Source: an uncultured Spirochaetota bacterium (GTDB taxonomy: Bacteria; Spirochaetota; Spirochaetia; SZUA-6; Fen-1364). From it: DNA of 64,000 nucleotides. Shown piece by piece: positions 18,135 through 28,741 of the stretch (within the stretch, counting starts at the first letter, position 1; each line of letters opens with the position of its first letter). Below the pieces are notes generated by a model that worked only from the letters and a program-made list of their open reading frames with translations, ran no database searches and was not told where the DNA came from. A program made the position numbers and the translations under genes. Where the stretch lies: positions 320,001 through 384,000 of the forward strand of contig CAVTHO010000007.1 in NCBI GenBank assembly GCA_963734545.1, given 5' to 3'.

Positions 18135-18602
18135 TCACTTCCATTCTCGGCAGGATTCAGCCCCTCCTTGTGTCTCTTCGAAGCGCGCCGCGCGAGCCCG
18201 AGGGCCCAGAGCAGGCCCGCCCACACGGCGAGCGCCGGGACCGCCAGGATCCACATTCCCCTGTAGAGCAGAACGGCAGCGACATATCCGCCCGCAAGCG
18301 CGACGATTGTGAGCAGGATCGTCAGAATCACGGAAAGAACCGTGCGCCGCGGCCTGCCCGGGTCCCGGGGGGACGCGCGGCTCCTGATGAGTCTCCTGAC
18401 TGCCAACGCGAGCAGGCCCCCGCCGGGCAATGCAGAAAGCGAAGATCGTATATGCCTGTCGCTGTGAAGTTGCGAAAAGCCACAGCGGCCAGGCTATTGC
18501 GAACCCGAACACGGCGCTGCCGACCAGGAGGAGAATCAGGAACCCGACCTTGCGGAGGGCCTCGAGCCAGCTCTCGAGTCTCTTTTGCAATCCTCCTCTC
18601 AC
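18131..18602 (-). CDS. Small integral membrane protein, apparent frameshift near 18425
   Basis: Hydrophobic helices split across ORFs 18135-18602 and 18131-18430; overlaps both neighbours by 4 nt. Confidence 0.7.
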
Positions 18603-19525
18603 GGCGTCCCCAGGTCGGCGAGGGATTTGCGGTACCCGTCGGCTTCGGTGGATCTTCCAAGGGCGTCCGTGGCTGCAATGAGCTCTACCAGGGCTTTTCG
18701 CATGCCGGGCTTGGATCCGAGGGTGACGAACACCAGGTATGAGCGCCGGAAATAGTCGTATGCCGCGGCCTGGTCCTTGCGCCGCGTGGCAATCAGGCCC
18801 AGCGCGTAAAGATCCTGCGCGATACCGGGCGGGCTTTCGATCTTCTTGTCGAGCGACAGCGCAGTCTCCGCGCTCTTCACCGCTTCGTCATACCGTGCCT
18901 GCAGGGAGTACACGGAGGCGATCATGTAGTGATCCGCCGCCGCTGATTCGACAAGCTTGTTGGCCGTGTTGATTTCCAGCGATTTGTTGAAATACTCGAG
19001 GGCCCCGGCGAGGTTGCCCAGGGTCTTCTGGGCAGTGCCCAGGTTGTGGTAGAGCTGGGCCGTCTGGGCGGGTGTGCGGGAGCTCGCCGGCTTTGCGAGC
19101 GCCTCCTCGAAAACTGCCAGCGCCTTCTGCGGATCCCCCTTTGCGAGGTACAGCTCCCCGAGACTGCCGGACGCCAGGAAGAAAAGGGAAGGGCTGGCTG
19201 TCCGGGCGCGTTCCCGGGCTTTGAAAAGAATGTCTTCCGCCATGTCGAGGGAGCCCATGGCCATGTAGGTTTTCCCGATGGCCACGTACGACTGAGTGAT
19301 CCCGTCCCCGTTGTCGATCGAGGTGTTCTGGTTCAGCGACTGGGTGAAGAACTGCAGGGCAAGGTCGTACCGTCCCTGTCGGAAATAGGCCTCCGCGTAG
19401 CTGCTGTTCTGCGCCGCCTGGTCTCTCACGGTCGTGACGGTGTCCGATTTCGGCGGCGCGGACGAGCAGGAGACAATCAGGGAGAGGCACAGCCCGATGC
19501 CCGCCCGGAGAAGCTTCTCTTTCAT
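18599..19525 (-). CDS. TPR lipoprotein
   Basis: Spirochaete-type lipobox LIVS-C; TPR repeats. Confidence 0.88.
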   Translation of the reverse strand: MKEKLLRAGIGLCLSLIVSCSSAPPKSDTVTTVRDQAAQNSSYAEAYFRQGRYDLALQFFTQSLNQNTSIDNGDGITQSYVAIGKTYMAMGSLDMAEDILFKARERARTASPSLFFLASGSLGELYLAKGDPQKALAVFEEALAKPASSRTPAQTAQLYHNLGTAQKTLGNLAGALEYFNKSLEINTANKLVESAAADHYMIASVYSLQARYDEAVKSAETALSLDKKIESPPGIAQDLYALGLIATRRKDQAAAYDYFRRSYLVFVTLGSKPGMRKALVELIAATDALGRSTEADGYRKSLADLGTP

Positions 19526-20654
19526 CAGAAGTTTTCGTCCCTGTAGCTGTTCAGCGGCGATGTCTGCTGCGGCCGGGGCGGCACGCCCCCTTTGAGAAGG
19601 GGATTGTTCTTCGCCGCCTGGAGCACGTCAGTTGCATTGTCCAGCGTCGTGCTGCCCTTTTCCAGGATGCTCGAGACCTGCGGCTGGGTCTGGTTGATGA
19701 ACTCGGCGAAACCGCGAAGCTGCGCGATGATGGCGTTTGCGTTCTTGAGCGCCGTGTCCACCTGGTTGTAGAGCTCATTCGAGTCGTTGAGGAAAGTGTC
19801 GATCGAACCCTTTGGATCCAGCAGTCGTTTCGCCAGCCCCTGCGTGTTCTTCAGATCCGCGGTCATTGACTTCAGGTTCTGCGAGATTTCGTCCAGATTC
19901 GTCGAAAGGTCACCGACGACCCCTCGTGTCTTCACGGAAATGTCGGCGATGTTGTCCGAGATGACGGTGATCCTGTCCAGCAGCGTGTTGATCTTCGCGC
20001 TCATGTCGTCGACGGCGCGGTTCACCTTTCCGGGGGTGACCGACAGGTTGTTCACCATGGTTCCCAGGGGCCCGCTCCTGCCTTCGATTGCGTCATCCAC
20101 GGAGGTCGCCACCCTCCTGATCTCACCCACCGTCAGGCGCGCCTCGTCCAGCAGGGGATTGAGCTTGGCGATGACGGATCCGATCACGTCCTCTCCCTTG
20201 GGAATCTCCACAAGGTTCTGTTCGACGAGACGGCGGCCCTCTTCGCTGTCCAGGGCGGGTATGAACGCGCCCTCGGGCTGCGGCGGCAGACTGGTTGCTG
20301 CCGGGGTGGAACCTGAGCGACACGCCCAGCCCGATGGAGCTGGATGTCAGCTCCAGGACCGAGTTGGGCTTCACCCTGTCGTAGTACGTGTCCTGCACGT
20401 AGAAGCGCACGTCCACCTGGTTCTGCGCATTCGAGCGATATGCGCGAGATCTTGCCGATCTCGAAGCCCTTCAGCATGATCGGCATGCCGGATGTCAGGC
20501 CGTCCCCGGAGGCGAACCGGCTCGTGAAGGAGTAGTTCTTGGCGAACCACCGCTGGTTGATCCCGATCGAAATGAGAATCACCGCGACACAGACAATCGC
20601 GACAAGCACGAAGATGCCCACGATCTGGTCTGCGAATCGGATCTTGAACTTCAT
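19525..20654 (-). CDS. mlaD: MlaD/MCE family protein, two apparent frameshifts (~20270, ~20425)
   Basis: N-terminal TM; FASGDGLTSGMPIMLKGFEIGKI MCE motif; long helical C-terminus; pieces 20184-20654, 20123-20416, 19525-20211. Confidence 0.85.
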
Positions 20655-20664
20655 TCGCTTTTCG

Positions 20665-20694
20665 ATCCTATCCTTCCCGTGCGCCCGCTGTCAA
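20665..20694 (-). promoter_or_regulatory. Internal sigma70-like promoter ahead of mlaD
   Basis: Minus strand TTGACA-N18-TAGGAT. Confidence 0.45.
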
Positions 20695-21494
20695 TTCTGG
20701 CCGTCCTGCTGGTCCCCGCCCAGCAGCTCGAGGAGGTCGGTATCGTAGGAAGCGATCTCTCCCAGGACCTGGGAAAGGATCGCGCGGGCCCGCACGTTCC
20801 GCGTTCTTTTCACCTCGTCGAACTCACCCGTCACGAGGACATTTCCCTGGTCCATGACCACGAGCCTGTCCGCCAGGGTGGCCGTGAGCTGCGGGTCATG
20901 GGTCACGGCGATGATCGTGCTGCCGCGCGCCTTGAGGTCATGGATCATGCGGATGATTCTTTCGGTCATGCTGAAGTCGATGGAAAGCGTCGGCTCGTCC
21001 AGGAACACGAGGGAGGGCTCGGTCACCAGGGCGCGCAGGAAGGAGGCGATCTTTCTTTCCCCGCCGGAAAGGGCGGCAGGCCGCTGGCCGGCTGATTCCT
21101 CCATGCCGACCCTCTCCAGGGCGCGCGCGACCCGCTTCGTGATATCGGTGCGCGAAAGCCCTGGAAAATGAACTTCGAGGGGAAGGGAAAGATTCTCGAA
21201 CAGGGTCTTGTTCTCCCAGAGCGCGCCGTCCTGGAACACGAACCCGTTGGACTTGCGCAGCTCGCGGACTCCCCGCTCGGAAAGGAGGAAAATGTCCTGT
21301 CCCCGCAGGAGAACCTTGCCCGTGTCGGGAGGGATGAGGCCGGCGGCAACCTTCAGCAGGGTGCTCTTTCCGCAGCCCGACGGTCCCATGATCACCGTGC
21401 TCCTCCCCTCGGGGAAAGCCACGTTGATGCCGCGCAGGGCTTCATAGGTGCCGAGGGTGAGCCGCACGTCGACCAGGCTGATCGCATCATCCAT
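20691..21494 (-). CDS. mlaF: ABC ATP-binding protein, MlaF type
   Basis: GPSGCGKS, LSGGE, LDEPT; lies between mlaE and mlaD. Confidence 0.9.
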   Translation of the reverse strand: MDDAISLVDVRLTLGTYEALRGINVAFPEGRSTVIMGPSGCGKSTLLKVAAGLIPPDTGKVLLRGQDIFLLSERGVRELRKSNGFVFQDGALWENKTLFENLSLPLEVHFPGLSRTDITKRVARALERVGMEESAGQRPAALSGGERKIASFLRALVTEPSLVFLDEPTLSIDFSMTERIIRMIHDLKARGSTIIAVTHDPQLTATLADRLVVMDQGNVLVTGEFDEVKRTRNVRARAILSQVLGEIASYDTDLLELLGGDQQDGQN

Positions 21495-21506
21495 GCCGCG
21501 CCGTCC

Positions 21507-22283
21507 TCATACGTAGTAGATCAGCGTGATCAGGGCGTCGGCCAGGAAGCACAACACGAAGCCCTGGCCGACCGCCTTGATGGCGGCGCGGGGTATCTCC
21601 GTGACGGACGTGCTCACCTTGAAACCCTGGAAGGTGGCCACCACGGAGATGATGACCCCGAAAACGAAGCTCTTGACCACCGTGGACACGATGTCGCGGA
21701 GCTGGATCGTGGCGAGCAGCGCCCGGAAGTATTCGACGAACGGCACCGGCTTGATGAGCTGGGACACGAGGAACGAGCCGAACAGCCCGAAGAAGTTGAA
21801 GTAGATCGTGAGCGCCATCACGGAAATCGTCACCCCGAGGACCCGGGGCACGACGAGGTACGAGACGGGATTGATGCCCACCGATATGTAGGCCTCGATC
21901 TCGTGGGACACCACCATGTTGCCCAGCTCGGTCGCGATGGCGGTGCCCGAACGCGCGATGATGATGAACGCGGTGAGGATCGGTCCCAGCTCTCGCGTGA
22001 TCACGACGATGAGGATCGAATAGAGAAGGCTCGTCTGGCCGAATCGCGGCAGGATGCTCCCGCCTTCCACGATGATGACCGCGCCGATGGACAGCGCGAT
22101 CAGCGACACGATGCTCAGAGCCTCGACGCCGGTGAAGAGAATCTGCAATACCAGGACCTTGAAGGCCACCTGCCTGCGGCGGACGAAAAGGATCGTCTCC
22201 TTCAGGACCTGAAACAGGAACCCCAGAGCGTACGCGTAGTCACGGGTCTTCCTGTTGGCCCACCTGCCGAGCGTCGCGACCAT
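21507..22283 (-). CDS. mlaE: ABC permease, MlaE type
   Basis: RELGPILTAFIIIARSGTAIATELG; LVVPRV. Confidence 0.92.
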   Translation of the reverse strand: MVATLGRWANRKTRDYAYALGFLFQVLKETILFVRRRQVAFKVLVLQILFTGVEALSIVSLIALSIGAVIIVEGGSILPRFGQTSLLYSILIVVITRELGPILTAFIIIARSGTAIATELGNMVVSHEIEAYISVGINPVSYLVVPRVLGVTISVMALTIYFNFFGLFGSFLVSQLIKPVPFVEYFRALLATIQLRDIVSTVVKSFVFGVIISVVATFQGFKVSTSVTEIPRAAIKAVGQGFVLCFLADALITLIYYV

Positions 22284-22299
22284 CGCCGGCGAGTATAGT

Positions 22300-23142
22300 T
22301 CAGGCGGCAGGGTGATGCAATGGAAGCGCCTCGAGAAAGGCGTCGGGAATCTCGCGGCCCCCCGCGCTGCGGCCGAGCACCCGCTGCGGTATGTGTTCTC
22401 CGTGAAAATCCGACCCGCCGGTGACGATCATGCCGAGGCTGCGGCCCAGACGGTCAAACCGCCTGCACTCTCTGACCGGCTGGTTGGGATGCCATGCCTC
22501 TATCCCGGACACGCCCTGCTCCTTGCAGGCGGCAAGGTGCGTGCGGAGAGCGGGCCCGCGCAGACCCAGGGAAATCGGGTGGGCGATCACCGCCACACCG
22601 CCCGCGGCCCTGATAAGGTCGGTTGCTTCCCTCAGCCCGAGACACTCGCGCGGCTCGTAGAACTCCATGCCTTTGCCGATGAACCGCTTGAACGCGGCGT
22701 CGATCGAGTGCACGACCTTTTTCCGCACGAGAAGCCGGGCAAAGTGGGCCCTGCTCACGATGTCGCCGCCCGCCACCTCGGCCAGCTCCTCCATGGTCAG
22801 CGGAATGCCCGCCCGCTGGAACTTCTCCACCATCCGACCATTCCGCCCGCGCCTGCCGGTTTGCACCCGGGTTAGTGCCGCTTCCAGATTCTCGCGGTGC
22901 GCGCCCAGTGCGAGGCCGAGCAGGTGGAATTCTCCCACTGCGCTCTCGATCTCGATCTCCACGCCGGCGATGAAGATCATCCCCGTGCCCTCGGCAGCTC
23001 GGCGGGCCGTTTCCACGCCCGCCAGCGTGTCGTGATCCGTGAGCGCCAGGGCCTTGAGCTCCAGAGACAGCGCAAGCTCGACGAGCCGCTCCGGCGTGCA
23101 GGAGCCGTCGGACGCCGTGGAGTGCGTGTGGAGATCTATCAT
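22300..23142 (-). CDS. PHP-domain phosphoesterase
   Basis: DLHTHSTASDG, TDHD, AHP, GGSDFHG. Confidence 0.93.
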   Translation of the reverse strand: MIDLHTHSTASDGSCTPERLVELALSLELKALALTDHDTLAGVETARRAAEGTGMIFIAGVEIEIESAVGEFHLLGLALGAHRENLEAALTRVQTGRRGRNGRMVEKFQRAGIPLTMEELAEVAGGDIVSRAHFARLLVRKKVVHSIDAAFKRFIGKGMEFYEPRECLGLREATDLIRAAGGVAVIAHPISLGLRGPALRTHLAACKEQGVSGIEAWHPNQPVRECRRFDRLGRSLGMIVTGGSDFHGEHIPQRVLGRSAGGREIPDAFLEALPLHHPAA

Positions 23143-23179
23143 TTGACATCAATATAACTCATTGCGTAATCTCAGGTCC

Positions 23180-24475
23180 ATGGACCCGACCTTCCGTGCT
23201 CCCCGCGGGTTGGGCGGGCTGTACATCCCGCCGCCCGATAAATCGATCACGCACAGGGCGCTCATGCTTGCGGCCGTCGCTTCGACGGCGAGCCGGATCG
23301 GGAACCCGCTTGCCACCGGTGATTGCATCTCCACGCGGCGCTGCCTGGAGGCCCTCGGCGCGGTCTTCGACGCGGTGGACGGCAGGTGGGAGGCGCACGG
23401 CGTCGGCCTCCGCGGTCTTCACGAGCCGCGTCGCGCGCTGGACGCGGAAAACTCCGGCACGACCACGCGCGTCATTTCCGGCCTGCTCGCCGGGCAGCCG
23501 GTGTTCGCCGTGCTGACAGGTGATGACTCGCTGCTGGGCAGACCGATGATACGCGTGGTGGACCCTTTGCGGTCAATGGGCGCGAGAGTGGAGGGCAGGG
23601 AGGGCGGCAGATTCGCTCCCCTCTGTTTCCTGCCCGGCCCAGGCACCTTGAAGCCCCTCTCCTGGACCCTCCCCGTTGCCAGCGCGCAGGTGAAGAGCTG
23701 TCTGCTGCTCGCCGCGCTCCGCGCGGCGGGCCCCAGCAGGATCGGAGGGCGGATCGGGTCACGGGATCATACGGAGAGAATGCTCCGGGCGCTTGGAGTG
23801 CGCGTGGAGGAGATCGACGGAGGCTTGTCCATCGAGCCGGTGGAGTCTCTGCCCGGATTCGACATGGAGGTCCCGGGAGACATCTCCTCCTCCGCTTTTT
23901 TCATCGCGGCGGCCCTCATATCGGGCCGCGATCTCAGCATCCGTGACTGCGGCGTCAATCCCACCCGCTGCGGATTCCTGGAGGTCGTGCGCCGCATGGG
24001 CGCAACCGTCGACGTGCAGGAGGAGCGCACTTCGCTCGGAGAACCCGTGGGAACGATCACCGTCGCGCCCGGAACCCTTCGGGGGACCCGGGTCACGGCG
24101 CCGGAGATCCCTGATTTGATAGACGAGGTGCCCCTCATCGCCGTTCTCGGCCTCTTCGCGCAGGGCGTGACCGAGGTGAGAGGCGCGGAGGAGCTTCGTC
24201 TCAAGGAGAGCGACCGTCTTGCCATGATCGGGCGCATGGCGGCAAGCCTGGGGGGAAAAGTGGAGCTGTTCGAGGACGGCTTTTCGGTCGAAGGCCCGCA
24301 GGCGCTCCGCCCGGGTCACGTGGATCCCCGCGGTGATCATCGCATCGCAATGGCGGCCGCGGTCGCATCGATCGGTATCAGGGACGGGGTGCGGATCCGG
24401 GGCTTCGAGTGCGCGCAGGTCTCCTATCCGGACTTCATCCGGGATTTTGCCGCGCTCGGCGGGGAGAAAGCGTGA
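23180..24475 (+). CDS. aroA: EPSP synthase
   Basis: PDKSITHRA, NSGTT, SAQVKS, KESDR, DHRIAM; ATG 23180 preferred, behind TTGACA at 23143. Confidence 0.95.
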   Translation: MDPTFRAPRGLGGLYIPPPDKSITHRALMLAAVASTASRIGNPLATGDCISTRRCLEALGAVFDAVDGRWEAHGVGLRGLHEPRRALDAENSGTTTRVISGLLAGQPVFAVLTGDDSLLGRPMIRVVDPLRSMGARVEGREGGRFAPLCFLPGPGTLKPLSWTLPVASAQVKSCLLLAALRAAGPSRIGGRIGSRDHTERMLRALGVRVEEIDGGLSIEPVESLPGFDMEVPGDISSSAFFIAAALISGRDLSIRDCGVNPTRCGFLEVVRRMGATVDVQEERTSLGEPVGTITVAPGTLRGTRVTAPEIPDLIDEVPLIAVLGLFAQGVTEVRGAEELRLKESDRLAMIGRMAASLGGKVELFEDGFSVEGPQALRPGHVDPRGDHRIAMAAAVASIGIRDGVRIRGFECAQVSYPDFIRDFAALGGEKA

Positions 24476-25492
24476 GCAGCACGCTCTCCTTCACCATCGG
24501 CGGCGTACGGACGGAGGTTGTCTTCAGCTCGCGCGTCGCGTTCGGCAATCCTTCCGTGACGGTTTTCGATTCGCACACGTACCCGCTGTTCGGCGCCGGC
24601 ACGGCGAACCCTGTCACCCTCCCTGCCGGGGAAGCGTCGAAGAGCTGGCTGAGCGTCCAGGCGGTCCTCGAGGGGTGCACCGCGAGCGGCATGGGCCGGG
24701 ACGAGGAGATCGCGGGCGTGGGCGGCGGTGTGGTGTGTGATATCACCGCCTTCGCGGCCTCTCTCTACATGCGGGGATGCGGGCTCACCCTGGTGCCCAC
24801 CACTCTGCTTGCCATGGTGGATGCCGCACTCGGCGGCAAGACGGGTATCGATTTCCTGGGATTCAAGAATCTCGTCGGCACATACTATCCGGCTTCGCGA
24901 ATCATCATTGCCGCCTCCGCGGTGCGGAGCCTTCCGGACCGCGAGTACCTCTCGGGTCTGGCGGAGGTCATCAAAACGGCGCTGGTAGGGGACAGTGAGC
25001 TCTTCGCGCTTCTTGCGGCCGAACGACCTGCCGTGATGGCGCGGGAGCCGACAGATCGTGGAGGAGATGATCCGCCGGAGCCTGCTCGTCAAAGGAAAGA
25101 TCGTGGAAGAGGACCCGAGAGAATCGGGCATCCGTGCCGTCCTGAATCTGGGGCACACCTTTGGACATGCCCTCGAGACGGCCACCGGGTTCAACGGGTG
25201 GACACACGGGGAGGCGGTTGCGTGGGGCATGGGAAGGGCGCTGGCTGCCGGCGTGCGCATGGGGATCACGGATCCCGGGTTCGCGCACCAGGTCCAGTCG
25301 CTCCTGCGGGCGTACGGGTTCAGGCTGGAGGCGCCGGTGACCTACGAAGCGCTTCTCCCCGGTCTTCAGCACGACAAGAAACGGCGCGGGGGCGGCCTCA
25401 GGCTCGTCATCCCGTGCGGCGCGGGCGATGTGCGGATCCGCGAGGCGGTCGAGGAGGATCTTGCCGCGGTGCTGAAGGACGGACACGCATAG
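24472..25492 (+). CDS. aroB: 3-dehydroquinate synthase, apparent frameshift near 25053
   Basis: [22 protein letters not shown] in the first frame; [18 protein letters not shown] in the second. Confidence 0.92.
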
Positions 25493-25514
25493 GGAAAAAG
25501 GAGCGGGCGGATTC

Positions 25515-26150
25515 ATGAAAATCGACAAGAGCACATTCGACAGGCACGTGCGCTTCTTCGGCCAGGGAGCGGTGATCTTCAAGGAAGACGAGGAAGGCAA
25601 CGAGATGTTCATCATCATCCAGGGCGAGGTGGAGATCCGCAAGGCCACGGGTACTTCCTCCAGCAAGATCCTGACCACGCTCCACAACGGCGACATGTTC
25701 GGAGAGATGGCCGTGATAGAAAAGCAGTCCCGGTCGGCAACCGCGGTGGCCGTGCAGCCCACCAAGGTCCTCGTGCTCAACGAAAAGCTGTATGAATCGA
25801 TGGTCGGCACCAATCCCGATTTCGCGCGCAAGATGAACCGCGTCCTCTCGGAGCGGATCCGAAGGGCGGACGCGATCATCCAGAATATCATGACCACGAA
25901 CAGGCAGAACCAGCTCTGGTCCGGCCTGGTGCAGTACGCGCGGGAGCGCGGCGTTTCGACATTCAAGGGGAGCAGGGTCAATGCAGCCGAGTTCACCGTG
26001 TGGGCCGTCGAGCACCTGGGGATCAGCGAAAAGGACGTCCAGGCCCTCCTCGCCCAGCTCATCAAGCGCGAGGCGCTGACCTATTCCGCGCGGGGCAAGG
26101 ACGAGATACTCATCGAGCTCAAGGAAGGCACGGTCTTCCCGGAGAGCTGA
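25515..26150 (+). CDS. Cyclic-nucleotide-binding (Crp/Fnr-type) protein
   Basis: GDMFGEMA…RSATA cNMP pocket; possible C-terminal winged helix. Confidence 0.88.
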   Translation: MKIDKSTFDRHVRFFGQGAVIFKEDEEGNEMFIIIQGEVEIRKATGTSSSKILTTLHNGDMFGEMAVIEKQSRSATAVAVQPTKVLVLNEKLYESMVGTNPDFARKMNRVLSERIRRADAIIQNIMTTNRQNQLWSGLVQYARERGVSTFKGSRVNAAEFTVWAVEHLGISEKDVQALLAQLIKREALTYSARGKDEILIELKEGTVFPES

Positions 26151-26162
26151 CAGCAATCCGCA

Positions 26163-26192
26163 GCGCCTTGCACGGGGTACGGTGCAAGGCGC
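26163..26192. terminator. 11-bp hairpin between convergent genes, related to the dispersed repeat family
   Basis: GCGCCTTGCAC-GGGGTACG-GTGCAAGGCGC; no U-tract. Confidence 0.5.
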
Positions 26193-26206
26193 AGCGGCGC
26201 GAAGCG

Positions 26207-28675
26207 CTACTGCTCCAGCATGTCAGAAATGAGGTGGTAGAGGCGGGACGCCGTCTCCCGGTCCTCCGGGGAAAGAATGTCACCCGGTTCGTCGGCAAGA
26301 TTCTCCAGGCTCGCCAGGGTTTCCGTGCGCGCAGTGAGGAGACTTTTCTCCGACTTGAACCAATAGCTGGTCTTCCAATCCGTGTACAGCGTGAGAAATC
26401 CCAGCCGCCTCGACTTCCTCTGAAGCGGGCAGAGGCAGAGCAGGCGCGGCAGGTGGGAGCAGAGCTCCTTCCCCTCCGAGGCGAAAGAGAAGGTCCTGCC
26501 CTCCGGCCACTCCTCCCACACGCCCTCCTCGGTGTGCAGAAACGGCGCGAGCGTGAGAACGGTGCCCAGCTTCATGCCCGCGAATATTTCGCGCCCCGAC
26601 CAGACGATGGTCCCCCTCAGGTTTCTGTAGCTCGGGAGGTTCGCCGGCGATATCTCCTGCAGCACCGGCCGCAGGCTCTCCCATTCCATGGTCACCAGCT
26701 TCCTGCCGCCCTTGATCGTGCGGATCGGGAATACGCGCTCCCCGATCTTGATCTGGTTCGTGAAATCCCGCGCTCTCTCCTTCTCCGCCGGCGCGGCCAC
26801 GCCGCGGACAAAGGCACCGTGCAGGAGGGGTGAGATCCGCGCCAGCATCTGCTTCTTCAGGGGCGAGACGGAGCGGGCGTACATCCGGGAGGTGCGCACG
26901 ACCTCTCCGGCGACGATGTAGGGCGGGTTCTCGCGGAACATGAGGGAGCCCGGGTGGATCTGGATGCGGTCCGCCGTGAGGCTGCGGTAGATCCCCTTGC
27001 CGGTGCGCTCGCAGACGAACTGGATGAGGCCGCGTGCCACCGCGCACAGGAAATCGTCCCAGGAGCCGCCGGATCCGATGGGTACCCCCATTGCGCTCAC
27101 GATCTCCTCGAGCTGGCCCCTGATGTTTGCGATCTCGTTCATCGTGCGCAGATCGAGGTAGTAGTTGTCGCAGAACCGGCCCTTGTTTCCCGATCGGAGA
27201 AACGCCTCGAAGATCCGCTGATAGGACACGAAGTCCCCCAGGGGATCGCGGAAGGTGTGGTGCGCGCGCCGCGCCTCCAGCTCCTCGCCTGCCGGGAGCA
27301 GGAACGGGGAGTTCACGGAGAGGAACGTGGCGGCGATGATGACTTCCGCCGTCACCGAGGGGTATGCGCGGATGGCCTCCACGATCATGCGCGCGTGCTT
27401 GGGCAGGATGGGGAACTTGCACATCATCGTGCCGATTTCGGTGAGGCCGCGCTCCTCGTTCAGGGCATCCAGCAGGCGGAGGGTCTCGACCGCCGCCCGG
27501 ATGCCCTCCTGCCCCGGCGGGGAAAGGAAATCGAAGGACTCGAAGTCGCGGATGCCCAGCTCCGCCATGCGCAGCACCACTTCCGAAAGGTCGGTGCGCA
27601 GGATTTCTTCCATCGTGTACATCGGCCGGGCTTCATAGTCCTTGTGCGTATAGAGCCGATGGCAGACCCCGGGGGCGGTGCGGCCCGCCCTTCCGCGGCG
27701 CTGATTGCAGGAGGCCTTGGAGACGGGCACCTCGATCAGTGACTCCGTGAAAGTGCGGGGACTGTAGAAGTTCACCTTGCCGAGGCCGGAGTCGATGACG
27801 TGCACCACGCCGTCGATCGTAATGCTCGTTTCCGCGATGTTCGTGGACACGATGACCTTCCGTTTGCCCGGGAACTCGAGGAAGACGCGTCCCTGGTCCT
27901 CGTGGGAAAGCCGCGCGTACAGGGGGAGAAGGGCCAGCTCATTGCCCGTGTCCAGGTCCGCCAGCATCTGCACGCAATCCTTGATCGCCAGCTCGCCGGG
28001 AAGAAAAATCAGGATGTCGCCCGCCTCCTTCTTCCGCATGATCTGGGCCACGATGTCGCGGATCCTGAGCTGCAGGCTTTCGTTGTCTCCCTCGATCTCG
28101 GGGGGCGTGTAGCGGAGCTCCACGGGGAACATGGGGGCATCGATGCCCACGATGGGGCACCCGTCGAAGTACTCCGAAAAGACCTCCACGTTGATCGTTG
28201 CGGAGGACACGATGACGCGGAACTCCGGCCGGGCCTCGAGGATGCTTTTCAGCATTCCCAGGATGAAATCGATGTTGAGGCTGCGTTCGTGCGCCTCGTC
28301 GACCATGAGAACGCCGTACCGTGAGAGGAGCCGGTCCCCCTTCAGCTCCTGGAGCAGGATGCCGTCCGTCATGATCTTGATCTCGGTGCGCGGGTCCGTC
28401 CGATCCTCGAATCGCATCGTGTAGCCGATCGTGTCCGGAATGGTTTTTCCCATCTGGCGCGCGATGAACTCGGAAACGGATACCGCGGCGATCCTCCGCG
28501 GCTGCGTGACTCCCACGATGCCCCGCCGCGTGTAGCCCGCCTCGTGCAGGATCAGGGGAATCTGGGTCGTCTTGCCGGATCCCGTGGGGCTCTCCACGAC
28601 GATGACCTGGTGGCTCTCGAGGGCGGCCAGGATCTTTTCTCTCTGCTGGTAGACCGGCAGCTGGTAGGGGTCCAT
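26207..28675 (-). CDS. hrpA: DEAH-box RNA helicase HrpA
   Basis: TGSGKTT, TQPRRIAA, DEAH, SAT, STNIAETS, QRRGRAGR. Confidence 0.95.
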   Translation of the reverse strand: MDPYQLPVYQQREKILAALESHQVIVVESPTGSGKTTQIPLILHEAGYTRRGIVGVTQPRRIAAVSVSEFIARQMGKTIPDTIGYTMRFEDRTDPRTEIKIMTDGILLQELKGDRLLSRYGVLMVDEAHERSLNIDFILGMLKSILEARPEFRVIVSSATINVEVFSEYFDGCPIVGIDAPMFPVELRYTPPEIEGDNESLQLRIRDIVAQIMRKKEAGDILIFLPGELAIKDCVQMLADLDTGNELALLPLYARLSHEDQGRVFLEFPGKRKVIVSTNIAETSITIDGVVHVIDSGLGKVNFYSPRTFTESLIEVPVSKASCNQRRGRAGRTAPGVCHRLYTHKDYEARPMYTMEEILRTDLSEVVLRMAELGIRDFESFDFLSPPGQEGIRAAVETLRLLDALNEERGLTEIGTMMCKFPILPKHARMIVEAIRAYPSVTAEVIIAATFLSVNSPFLLPAGEELEARRAHHTFRDPLGDFVSYQRIFEAFLRSGNKGRFCDNYYLDLRTMNEIANIRGQLEEIVSAMGVPIGSGGSWDDFLCAVARGLIQFVCERTGKGIYRSLTADRIQIHPGSLMFRENPPYIVAGEVVRTSRMYARSVSPLKKQMLARISPLLHGAFVRGVAAPAEKERARDFTNQIKIGERVFPIRTIKGGRKLVTMEWESLRPVLQEISPANLPSYRNLRGTIVWSGREIFAGMKLGTVLTLAPFLHTEEGVWEEWPEGRTFSFASEGKELCSHLPRLLCLCPLQRKSRRLGFLTLYTDWKTSYWFKSEKSLLTARTETLASLENLADEPGDILSPEDRETASRLYHLISDMLEQ

Positions 28676-28741
28676 TCTCTTGTTGCCTCACTTGTCCGCG
28701 CGTTCGCCGGGACAGTACACTATAGTACGGAGGGAAGGAGG

